Shown one piece after another: positions 52,526 through 64,000 of a stretch of 64,000 nt of DNA. The stretch is from Aplysia californica. Taxonomy: Eukaryota. Numbering within the stretch: position 1 is the stretch's first letter; every line of letters begins with the position of its first letter. A model generated the notes under the pieces. The model did no database searches. It was not told the origin of the DNA and worked only from the letters and a program-made list of their open reading frames with translations. The stretch spans positions 2,145,398 to 2,209,397 of the forward strand of contig NW_004797290.1 of assembly GCF_000002075.1 (NCBI RefSeq), written 5' to 3'. Both the position numbers and the translations under genes were made by a program.

Positions 52526-53568
52526 ACCGGGGCTGAAGCTCCGTGGACAGGATCATGTTGGTGTCCGAAGTCCAAATAGACATGATAGATCTAGTCACAG
52601 TCAGGGTTGTCAGATTGGAGCTAAATCCCAGAAATTTGGCTCTTTTGGATTGCGTCTGGCCCGGAGAATTTCATTTGGCTCTCTGTCTCTTTTTTGGCTC
52701 CAAACTACAAATGTTCAAGAAGAAGAGGACAGAAAAGGCAATGAAGAATAGAAGAAAAAAAAAAAGAAAATGAAGGAAAGAGCTCGGGTTGCTTAATAAT
52801 AAAATTAAACTAGTTAACACAACTTAACGCCCTTGCCCATTTGGTCTGAATAATTTACAATCCTTCTACCATCGTGCAAAAGCAATTTTTTTTATTGTCT
52901 CGTGCTTGTGTCTTGTTACGTTTGTACACACTCTCTGTTCCGTGAACCATAATTAATTTATTTCTGCAGGCAGAAAGTGAGAGGCCTGCCATCGTTAATT
53001 AAGTCAGTGTTTAGATCTAAACAACGAATAGTCCAGTCGGTGGCCGGTCCCACATCTCGCTCAGTAGCGTCGGTAGTGAGCCTTTCTTTTAACTGGAGAG
53101 GCGAAAAAGGTTTTTACATTATTATTATTCGTTCCCAACCAAGCCATCAAGGGCCTAGGTGATTTTATCGGCTTTTGAGAGGTCAGGGGGGAGTCCTCGC
53201 CTCATGCCCACACCGGGGTGGGAGCTATTCTCACCAGGGGGGGGATGAGAATAGCGAGACATGGGTTATTCTCACCGGGGTGAGAATAAAAGTGGGTGGT
53301 GGCAGGCGGTGAGTAATGGTTGATCACATTATTACTTCAAAAGTAACAATACGATCACCTTCAGGTAACCATTATAAAAGTCTTGTAGGATTCTAGATCT
53401 AGCCTTCACTGCCTTCAGTTACAGCCTACCAGTAGAAGATCTAGATCTAGATCTAGATCTAGGTTTCTAGATCAAAATCTAGATCTTTTTCTACATCGGA
53501 TCTAGATTTAGATTCTAGATTTAGGATATCTAGAAGTAGAAAAACCTAGCTCTACCCTGAGCCAAGAG
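52526..53568 (-). repeat. Dispersed repeat, inverted copy of 21693-22474
   Basis: Reverse-complement match, e.g. GAGTCCTCGCCTCATGCCCACACCGGGGTGGGAGCTATTCTCACC. Confidence 0.9.
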
Positions 53569-53907
53569 GGCGCTGAAAGTTTCCGAAATCACAAAGAGAG
53601 TTCCCCTACCGGGTCTGTATACCTTGTGACTTTGTTCCTGGTTACCGGGTCTGTATACACGCCCTTTTGAAAACTCAAAAACGCAGTGGCTACGTTCACG
53701 GCAACTTCACGGCGCCGTAAAGTAGTCTGCAGGCTACGTCCGCGGCGCTGTGAACGTAACTTTGGCAGGCTATGTTCACGGCGCCCTGGATTGCCTGAAT
53801 GCAGTTTGCAATTGCAGACGTTGTTGAGGCTACGTTCACAGCACTCCAAAAATCAAGCTTCGTTTAGACGGAGCGTCCACTGCCGGTTTAAGTAAGCCTG
53901 CCAACTA

Positions 53908-54210
53908 ATCTAAATCTAGATATAGATCTAGATCTAGAAATCTAGATCTAGATCTAGATCTAGATCTAGTTCTAGATTCTAGAATCTAAGTCTAGATCTA
54001 GATCTAGATAGATCTAATCTACAATCTAGATTCTAGATCTAGATATAGATATAGATATAGATATAGATCTAGATCTAGATCTAGATCTAGATCTAGATCT
54101 AGATCTACGTTGCGTTTGAAAAACAGAGTTGTCATTGACATTGCAGTACATCTAGAATCTAGATCTAGATCTAGATCTAGATATAGATCTAGATCTAAAT
54201 CTAGATCTAA
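53908..54210. repeat. (TAGATC)n array
   Basis: Direct inspection; a second patch lies at 53392-53535. Confidence 0.95.
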
Positions 54211-54219
54211 CCTACTTAC

Positions 54220-54330
54220 CTTGTAGTGTCGGCCTCTTACTCTTACGTCAATAATAGGATTTACTCAATAATAATGTAGATCTCTACCCTTTCACTACTC
54301 ACAGTCGACAATGTGACAATCTTGGAAATA
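54220..54330 (-). other. PDCD7: Probable non-coding first exon of PDCD7
   Basis: Strong minus-strand donor CAAG|GTAAGT at 54220/54219; the coding exon has an acceptor (ttttttttcag, 49737) 44 nt upstream of its ATG. The 5' end is approximate. Confidence 0.5.
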
Positions 54331-56255
54331 AGTCACCAGGTCAAAGAAATAAAACCAATAGTAATAGCAGTAGTAGCAGTAAAAAAACAAACAAAAATGA
54401 GTCACTGGCTTTCATTCAATCAGCAATCTCCCCGCTGCAAAAACAAGCGGGCATTGAAGGGAAATGAATAAATGCGAAAACTTTGTAACACGAATGTATG
54501 ATATTTAATAGGGATTCGTATATATTGTCTTCAAAGCACAGAATTCTGTGCTTCAAAGAGATTGCGATGCTTAGCCTAATTTAGAATTATGTTTGTGTAT
54601 TTTTATTACCTCCCAAAACACGTGCTTACGCTCAGGCGTAAGACGTTAATTCTAGGCACTAGATCTACTTCCCTGACAGCAATGGAGAGCATGTAATCTA
54701 TTTTTTTATCCCCCGTTCCCTTTTTAAAAATGAGACTCGCACGTTTTTGGCACCTTGGTTGAAAAGGCTCATAGGGCATTTAATTTTTAATTTAATCTTT
54801 TGTTGTTTTTTGTTGNNNNNNNNNNNNNNNNNNNNNNNNNNNNNNNNNNNNNNNNNNNNNNNNNNNNNNNNNNNNNNNNNNNNNNNNNNNNNNNNNNNNN
54901 NNNNNNNNNNNNNNNGAAAGGAGGGTGTGTTTTGTTGCCTCTCCCATGAAGAACAAGGGCGAATATGCTTCTGACTTCTGACTTCTGACTTTCAGCTTAC
55001 CGCAACCAGGTTCAATAGATAGATCTATACTGCTAAGCTAATCGGCATTTAACGGTCCGTGTTAAACAGAAAAACTGCATTTTGGTCTATCATAAAAGAG
55101 GATCAACAGCCTCTTGTCCATATTCTAACTTGTCCAGGGCCATACATCCTACCCGCCTTTGTATGATCTAGAACTAATAACAGTTTAACATAATTATCAT
55201 CTTTCATCAACAAATTTTAATAGATAGAGAAAAGTAGAGAGGCTTCGGGCAGTTTTCAGCTACACGGCTCAATAACAATTTAATTAAGCCACAGAAAAAG
55301 ATTTCAGCATTATTGCAAACCATTGGGGTTTCACCACTGGCGGTATCAGTTGTGCACTTCATCACGTTTTACCATCAGAGAATCATTACTATAGTGCGGT
55401 CAAAAATTCTTGGCGCAACTTATCCTCAAATATCTTTTTAACTAGTTAATCTAGATATCTATCTCTCCCATACTTTGTACCGCAGTTTGTATCAATTTGT
55501 CTTAACTTAATCATATTTTTCCAAAACAATTGAGGCTAGATTAACAAACTTTTCTTCATAAATTTATATAAAATACTACAAATTCCCTTCTCGCAGAAAA
55601 TGGAATTGTTCACAGCACTCCCCGCTGCTCAACCACATTTTGCATACGCATATATGGCCTACGGCACAGCTCACAGATGACAATTTTTAGTGGCAAAACT
55701 AGTTACAAGAAATTAATTTTATAGTGAACACTTTATTGCACTCAAAAAATGTTTTTCAACAAAAAAAAATTGTCCTCTTGTTGAATTGTTGTCGTTGTTT
55801 GTTGTTTGTGTTTGCTGTTGTTTTTACAGTTGTTGTTGTTGTTGATGTTGACGAGAAGGATGTTGCGATGCTACCGCTGTTGCTGTTGTTGTGGCTGCTG
55901 CTGATAGGTTTCGGCTGCTGCTGATAGGTTTCGGCTGCCTCATACTTTGTAACAGAAATAGATCTATAAATGTGCTTGTCGTCGTCTTCATCCACACTAT
56001 TGGTGGATACCGCTAGGCCTACATCTAATCACGTTTTACAGTATAGCTTTCCATCAGTACGGGGCTACAAATACAATGCGGTAGTAGTAGCATCAACGTC
56101 ATCGAGGGCCCCCGGCCCCGCGGCTCATGGACAGCCTAGGGCCCCGCACTTATTAGTTAACGCGGCCCTGATTGAGAGTTAACATTGAAAAAATTGTTAT
56201 CAAATTTATTAGTTTTCTTCAGAGCAGGCCATAACCTAGTTGTACAAAGTAAAGT

Positions 56256-56304
<49 letters not shown>

Positions 56305-56494
56305 ACATTATGCTAAGCATTTCTATATGCACGAAACGACAGACACGATAAATAAAGCATGATAGTAAATGTATATAGGCCTAATTATAATCATGTTAAA
56401 TGGAAAACAAAAAAGATAGATTATGCAATTGTTAAGCACTGTCTGTGCCTCGGAACACTAATCAGAATAAGTTTCTCACTCATGCACACGAAAC

Positions 56495-56864
56495 TGTTGT
56501 TGTTTTTGTTATCGATCCAGTAACAGGTGGGCCTTCGCACTTCTGTCCAATGGCATGTAATGATAAGTGCAGGTTTGCTGCAGATGCAGTAATGATCCAT
56601 AGAATAGTATGTTGTCAATGTTAGGTCTTGGGGGGGAAATGGTACGTAGCTCTGATGCCATAGGGCTGTGCAGTGGAGAGGGTGATGAGCCACAGTTTCA
56701 TAAGCATAGTCACACAAGGGACACATTTGGGGAGGTTCTGATTTTATTCTGTTCAAGCGGGAATTGAGTTGTAATGTTCAGTTTGCAGGCGTAAGTTTGT
56801 GGTTTGTTCCTTTCTCTGTAGGTAGTTGACATTATTATTGTCTTGTCGTTTTGTTGTTGTAGCC

Positions 56865-56908
<44 letters not shown>

Positions 56909-57440
56909 GTATATGTTTGAAAACTGCCCTGCCTGCCTTTCCCAAGGCCAGTATGTTCATCCAATCTTTTTTGTTGTGTTTAATGATTTGTTTTGCTGTG
57001 TTGAATGAACTTCGAATGTTGGGCTGCTCCTTCAGTCTAGATCCCCATTGGGCAAGCATGTATGCTTTGTCATTTCCAGGTGTGTCTGAATGTCCGGGAA
57101 TGCGCTGCATCACCAGGTTGACGCCATAGGATGTACCAGATGGTAGAAACCAAACAGCGTATTTGTCAAATCTTGGTTTAGATTATGGTCATTTTCTACT
57201 GCTTACATGACTTATACTGAGTCGGCGAAAATCACAAAACTATGTGTTTTGTCAGGATGAGTCTCAAAAACTGTGAGGAGAAGATACAGGGTTGTTTCAA
57301 TTGCCATCATTTCTCCACATAGTAGCTGCATAGGCTGAAGAGATCTCATTGGAACTTTTATCTGGATATTGCATAAGTATCCCATACCCGGCTTTGGTTG
57401 TGCCTTTGAAAGCTGTGCCGTAGGCCTAACTGGTGTAGAC
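56495..57440 (-). mobile_element. Degraded I-group LINE 3' part (RNase H + Cys/His knuckle)
   Basis: IPGHSDTPGNDKA RNase H motif; CPLCDYAYETVAHH...C; (AAC)n tail. Confidence 0.8.
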
Positions 57441-58495
57441 GTGTAGGCCTATCCAGTCATCTGAAAGAGGTCGATTGTTTGATGTGATGCAAGCGTCAGC
57501 GTAACGGGGTGCGGCGATTCTGTGCTTTTGATTCTCACACTACTCACAGACGTTGTAATGGTTGTTTTGTTTGTTTGTTGCTTTTTAAAAATAAAGACAG
57601 GTGGGGAGGAATGTTGTGGTTGATTCTTTTGGTTTCTTTTCTGTTTTGTGGCATATGGTAACATTTCATTGTCATTATTTCTGTGATGTGATGCATCATG
57701 ATTGCTTTTTTTTTTTAAAGTCGTTTATTTGGTTTCCGTGCTCCTACTAATTTCCTGTGTGGGTGGTTGGAGCACATTCTTTTGGTTATTTCAAGGAGCT
57801 CCAAAACTAAATCCTCATTATCTAAGCGGATTCCTATAATAGGTTCCACATTTGAAAAACATTTCTCCAACTTCAGTAGGCGTGAATCTCATGCCACCGT
57901 TTTTTAAACGTTGGATTGTTTTGGACCTTGTCAAAGGTGTTGCAAATGTTTGCACTGCTTACACTATAGTAAGTAGACTATCGTTGTATTCCAGGGTAGA
58001 TCGAACGTAACCGTCTGATCCCCGCATGGACAGCTTGCAAATTTCTTTAAAAGTGTCGCTCCCTTCCCTAAAGTCTGTTTGGCGGGAATTCAAGCTGTTG
58101 TTAGTGTTCTCCAGGTACCAAGAGGATCTGTTGTTTAGTCAGCATGCTTAGCAGATGCATGATGATAGTGAAGAAACAGGAACTACTTCTCCGTGTGGTT
58201 TCCCAATTTTCGGGAGTGATTGTAATCCACATGGTATTTATTTTGCAAAGGAGAACTTATTTCCTTAGCAAAGCTTGTAGCCTACATTTTATTGTGTATT
58301 TTATCTGGTTCTGGGGCTTTCTTTTATTTTATTAACTTCTTAAGTCATGCTGAAATCTTTATGAAACAGTGAATTGTTTACCGTAGGATTTTTTTCTATG
58401 AGCTCTGCGTTGTTTATGAGAAATCTGTCAGCCTCAAATAGTGCACACTAAATTAAAAAGTGCCATCAGTCCACGGGGGAGGGTACACTCCCCCC

Positions 58496-58570
<75 letters not shown>

Positions 58571-59150
58571 GTAGATAGAACATTATGCTAAGCATTTCTA
58601 TATGCACGAAACGACAGACACGATAAATAAAGCATGATAGTAAATGTATATAGGCCTAATTATAATCATGTTAAATGGAAAACAAAAAAGATAGATTATG
58701 CAATTGTTAAGCACTGTCTGTGCCTCGGAACACTAATCAGAATAAGTTTCTCACTCATGCACACGAAACTGTTGTTGTTTTTTTGTTATCGATCCAGTAA
58801 CAGGTGGGCCTTCGCACTTCTGTCCAATGGCATGTAATGATAAGTGCAGGTTTGCTGCAGATGCAGTAATGATCCATAGAGTAGTATGTTGTCAATGTTA
58901 GGTCTTGGGGGGAAAATGGTACGTAGCTCTGATGCCATAGGGCTGTGCAGTGGAGAGGGTGATGAGCCACAGTTTCATAAGCATAGTCACACAAGGGACA
59001 CATTTGGGGAGGTTCTGATTTTATTCTGTTCAAGCGGGAATTGAGTTGTAATGTTCAGTTTGCAGGCGTAAGTTTGTGGTTTGTTCCTTTCTCTGTAGGT
59101 AGTTGACATTATTATTGTCTTGTCGTTTTGTTGTTGTAGCCTACATATAT
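58496..59150 (+). repeat. Near-identical direct duplicate of 56257-56870
   Basis: Only a few differences over about 570 bp beyond the (GATA)n tract. Confidence 0.95.
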
Positions 59151-59324
59151 TTTAAGTGTCATGAAAAAATAAATAATTCCACTCCACCAAAAGGTGACTT
59201 GGTGCTTTCCGTAGGAGAACGTTANNNNNNNNNNNNNNNNNNNNNNNNNNNNNNNNNNNNNNNNNNNNNNNNNNNNNNNNNNNNNNNNNNNNNNNNNNNN
59301 NNNNNNNNNNNNNNNNNNNNNNNN

Positions 59325-59377
<53 letters not shown>

Positions 59378-59796
59378 TCAGCTGTTCAAATCAATGCGAA
59401 TTCCTGACGTTCCGAAGGGATTGAGAAAAAAGGGGAAATCTTTTATGCATAAAATTAGAATTAATCTGCGCAACTAGGCCTATCGGATGAGAACCGTGAG
59501 TCTTCTTTTCTGTTGTTGTTTATTGTTTACTGACTCAACTGACTGCCTGTGGTCAGGAGCTGACGTTGTTCAAGTAAGCCCTAGACTACTAAGATAGAGA
59601 GTCTAATATAAAACATTCCCCATATTTCTTGAGTAAGTTACTGTTACTGCCTTCTTTCCAGAGCGTTTAAGTGCCCACTGTTCACTCCACACCACAGAGC
59701 CAGCGTGAGTACTAAATTAAGATTCTATTGTTGTCTATAAAACCTTGTTTGAAATTTATGTTTGAATTGTTTGTTGTGCGCAACCATCAATCCCAA

Positions 59797-59995
59797 CTAG
59801 ATTCTAGATCTAGATCTAGATCTAGATTCTAGATATCTGGACTCTAGATATAGATCTCGAAATCTACTCTTCTCAAGATCTAATCTAGAATATAGATCTA
59901 GATTTTCTAGTCTCTAGTCTTCTTAGTCTTCTAAATCTATTTATAGAATCTAGATCTAGATATAGAATTTAGATCTAGATCTAGATTCTAGATAG
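59797..59995. repeat. (TAGATC)n array
   Basis: Direct inspection. Confidence 0.9.
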
Positions 59996-60469
59996 TTCTT
60001 GTCTTGTCCCTGTTCAAACTGTTACGTTGTATTTATAACAATAACATGATGATGAATTTGGTCTCTTTGTCATCCGCTATGTTTTGTTTGTTTTCTCTTT
60101 TCACAATGACTTCTCTGTCTTTTTTTCTATGTTCTATTCTACTCTATTATAGCATAGAGTGAGTGCCAAAGCAGCAAGGCTTATTTTTTTCGAGCATCTC
60201 TAATTGTAGTGTCGGTGGGTGTTGTTGCTTTTTGTTGTCCTAGCAGCCTAGTGTCTAGTCTTGTCATGAAAGAGTCTTCCTAGGACCTAGATAAAGATCT
60301 GAAGAAAGCAAGACTTTGGCTGGATCATTATGGAATGATAAGGACAAGGAAGGATGATCATCTTGATCGCTCTTAGCTCAGTGTCCCTTCTAAGACAAGT
60401 GCGGTTCTTTCCCTGGACAAGACCGGTGGTTGTGGTCACTTTTGTTCTCTGTATAGAGTGGACAAGAGA

Positions 60470-61130
60470 TGATCATCATCCGGTGCCTTGTCGACTGGCA
60501 TTGGCGATCATGGACCTCCACTTCACATTGTCTCTTGCGTTAGAAGCAATGGTGTCTGTTGTTCTTGCTGCTCCCTGCTATGTTGTCAACTTGTCCAGTA
60601 TCTTTTCCCTCTGTCTGCCTCTCTTTCTATCAAACTTGCCTGTTGTTGCAATATTCTCCTATATATATATATGCTTGTCTTTCCAAATTGTGTGTCCAAA
60701 GAAATGTGCCTGTCGCTTTCATGTATATATTTGTCATTATAAGCTGTCGTCTGCAATTTGCTTCAACCAAGACTTCTTCATTTGTTTTTCTAGAGCTGTC
60801 CATGGGATACGCTGCATGCATGCGTCTTATGAACCACAACTCTGTCGCCTCCATTGTTTTTTCCAGCTGTTTATTGATTGTCCATGCTTCGCACCCGTAT
60901 TATGATAGGATTGGCTCGATGTAACTTCAATACTCTTTTTATTGTTTCCAGTTACAGATTGATGTTTGTGAGTATCTGTTTCATTTTGTGGAAGGTTGCT
61001 TTTGCTTGGCTAATGCGACTTTTCATTTCGATGTGACATCTCCCATCTGATGATATAATGGTCCCCAAATATTTAAAATGTTGTACTGGACAAGAGATAG
61101 ATTGCTGAAAACACTCTTCATTCAGTTTCA
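60470..61130 (-). mobile_element. RTE-clade LINE 3' fragment
   Basis: VQHFKYLGTIISSDGRCHIEMKSRISQAKATFHKMK; EATELWFIRRM; GATGATGAT tail. Confidence 0.88.
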
Positions 61131-62988
61131 AGTAAATCCAAACCAGATATAATTTATCAACTCTCAAAAAAGCATTTTTGCCTACTTTGAAGGTGCTCAA
61201 AAAGACAAACTGGTCAATAGAATAGGGGTTCGCTGTTGTTTTGTTGCAATACAGACTAGTACCTTCACCTTTGTTTACCACGCTGGCTCGCATCTCACAA
61301 TGTGGAGCTTATCCACCCGAGGCCATACACCAAACAATGTGGGCACAGTGGTGACATCAGCCTTGCCAGCCAATTCAGTCTTTGCCCTCAGCGTTTAAAG
61401 ACAGCTTCCAATTGCCAACTGGCCTCTCTTTCTTACAAAGGAAGGACAACTGTTCAGTACAAATTACATAATTTAAAAAAAATTATATCAGTACCATTAT
61501 CATGCAACCTATTACTTTCAGTACATCTATTGTCAGAATGGCTCTAGACTTAGAATCTTTATTGCCAATATAAATGTTAAGCCTGCTTTGATTCTGGTGT
61601 TCTAATCCCCACCTACTTCTCTGAGTTACTTTTACTTTTATCTGGCCCTGACCCCAGGCCAGCTTTGACAAGGACCACCCAGTCAGAGAACAAGGAATTT
61701 TAATGAGGAGAGATGTACCTTGTTCGGCTGTCTGGGCCTAAAACAATACCACGACTTTCCCCCTTTTCCCCTTCTCCCCTTTTCCATCCTCATCCCGGCC
61801 AGTCTCTTAATTTCCTGTTGTAGCATTTGACACAGTTCCCCACGTAGAACAGTCTTATGAAAACGGAGAAGTGCAATCATGAAGAAAGAATAAAACCCTT
61901 GAACACATATATATGATTTGTTCAATGTGTGTGTGGGTGTGTGTTTAGTACAGTGTACAGTATCTAATTCTGGACTTGATCTGCATGGGACAGTATAATT
62001 GGTAAGGTATCAAATGACAAAATTTTGTCATCACACAGGTTTCGTTTTTACAAGGCCAGTGCACATCGAAACTTTGTGTAAGTAAGTCTTTGGGTGAAGT
62101 ATAGGGGCCAGGTCCAAGAGGTAGTTAGTTACATCTCACTTTCAGTTTGTTTTCTAGTAAAGTAGAAAGTCTTGTTTCATGTCAGTCAAGTCTATTTCTA
62201 TGCATTTCAGTGGCTTCAGTCAATGTCTAAAAACTAATTCTTGTTACAATGAGTTTGAAACTGCATGGATTTCCTTCTACAAACCCTTTTTNNNNNNNNN
62301 NNNNNNNNNNNNNNNNNNNNNNNNNNNNNNNNNNNNNNNNNNNNNNNNNNNNNNNNNNNNNNNNNNNNNNNNNNNNNNNNNNNNNNNNNNNNNNNNNNNN
62401 NNNNNNNNNNNNNNNNNNNNNNNNNNNNNNNNNNNNNNNNNNNNNNNNNNNNNNNNNNNNNNNNNNNNNNNNNNNNNNNNNNNNNNNNNNNNNNNNNNNN
62501 NNNNNTACCGTATAAAATAAATAGTATCTGTTTGTCTATCTGTNNNNNNNNNNNNNNNNNNNNNNNNNNNNNNNNNNNNNNNNNNNNNNNNNNNNNNNNN
62601 NNNNNNNNNNNNNNNNNNNNNNNNNNNNNNNNNNNNNNNNNNNNNNNNNNNNNNNNNNNNNNNNNNNNNNNNNNNNNNNNNNNNNNNNNNNNNNNGTGGT
62701 TGGCGGGTGCTCTGGTGTGATTTGCTCCTTCCTTCCTACCAAACATCTATCGTCCTGATCTTCTTTTTTGTGTTTGTTACTCTCTTGTAACACCTTTAAT
62801 CTTCCGCACTTATATCGCTTTATTGTGTTGCAAGTGCCTTAAAACACTTACTAAAACTCTGTTTCTCTGTCTCTCTCTCTCTTTTAAAATCTCCCTCTCT
62901 TTCCCCCTCTCTCTCCCTCCATCCCTCTCTCCCCCTCCCTCTCTCCCCCTCCCTCTTTCCCCCTATCTCTCCCTACTCTCTCTCTCTC

Positions 62989-63037
<49 letters not shown>

Positions 63038-64000
63038 GTGTTGTAGGTGGTTTGGTTTTTGGAGGGGGAGATGTATTGATATGAATTACAATTTGTCAGT
63101 TCAACACATCAGGAACCACGCCTGACCAGCTATGTGCCATTCTCCCTTCTTTCTCTTCTTGTTCCCCTTTGGTGCAATTGATTTGCATCTATGTAACTAT
63201 TTNNNNNNNNNNNNNNNNNNNNNNNNNNNNNNNNNNNNNNNNNNNNNNNNNNNNNNNNNNNNNNNNNNNNNNNNNNNNNNNNNNNNNNNNNNNNNNNNNN
63301 NNNNNNNNNNNNNNNNNNNNNNNNNNNNNNNNNNNTTTTTTATTAGTCATGTGAATCTGCGAGAAAAGGAAAGAAGTTACAATACATGTATAATGAGAGC
63401 AAAGACGCTCAGCTACCCTTTTAGTATTATAGAGTGAAGATATTTTTTCAGAGCTGAAATGTTTCTCCTCTCTGCTACATGCAAATGGACGAAGAATAAA
63501 GTAGGACAATAAAATTGCAGAGCTCAACAATCAGCCTTACATACATGGTCCTAATTAACATGATAGTAATGGGTGGAAAGCACTCAGTCGTCAGGAATCA
63601 TTTATTTTGCACACACACATTGGCGAATCAAAAGGGAAATGAAGCGTTCCCATGAAAAGGGTAAAAGTCTAAACACTAAAAAGTCGGGTTTTTTTCGTCG
63701 GTGGTGAAAAAGAAAGAGCTCTTCATGCTTGCTTTTCACTCTCTCTCACACAGTGATTTACATATTTTAATGTTTTTCTCTTTCGCGTTGAAATTTGAAG
63801 AGACCACAGCAAACTTATTGTCATTCCTTCAAACACGTCTCATATTTTTTTTCTTCCGTTTATTATCTCAGATGTTTGCCGTTTCATTCAACTTCAAGCC
63901 TCCCAAAATCGACTACTACCCCCCCCCCCCCACTCACACACACATACACACACCAAAAACAACCCTCACACAACCAAAAAAAACCCCAAACAAACAAAAC

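Overview
Repeat-rich, gapped, AT-rich animal genomic DNA. A mollusc such as a gastropod is inferred from the SINE types and protein style, but this is not proven. Two convergent spliced genes can be rebuilt from splice sites and codon phase. On + is a B-type cyclin (8 coding exons, 15531-33239, about 455 aa) with a D-box, cyclin box, one GC-AG intron, a CCAAT/CHR promoter and CPE-like 3'UTR motifs. On - is PDCD7 / U11-59K, a minor-spliceosome protein (9 coding exons, 49692-39717, about 563 aa, plus a probable non-coding first exon ending at 54220). The rest is nested mobile DNA: two decayed pogo/Tigger transposases, RNase H-bearing I-group LINE and RTE fragments, Deu/Nin-type and CORE-type tRNA SINEs, about 18 copies of a 190-bp retroposed repeat, several MITEs and (TAGATC)n arrays. 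The most notable candidate is inside a PDCD7 intron: two perfect U12-type 5' splice-site motifs just downstream of a strong cryptic U2 acceptor that opens a stop-containing exon. This resembles the U11-binding (USSE-like) poison-exon feedback circuit, in a gene where I do not know it to be described.
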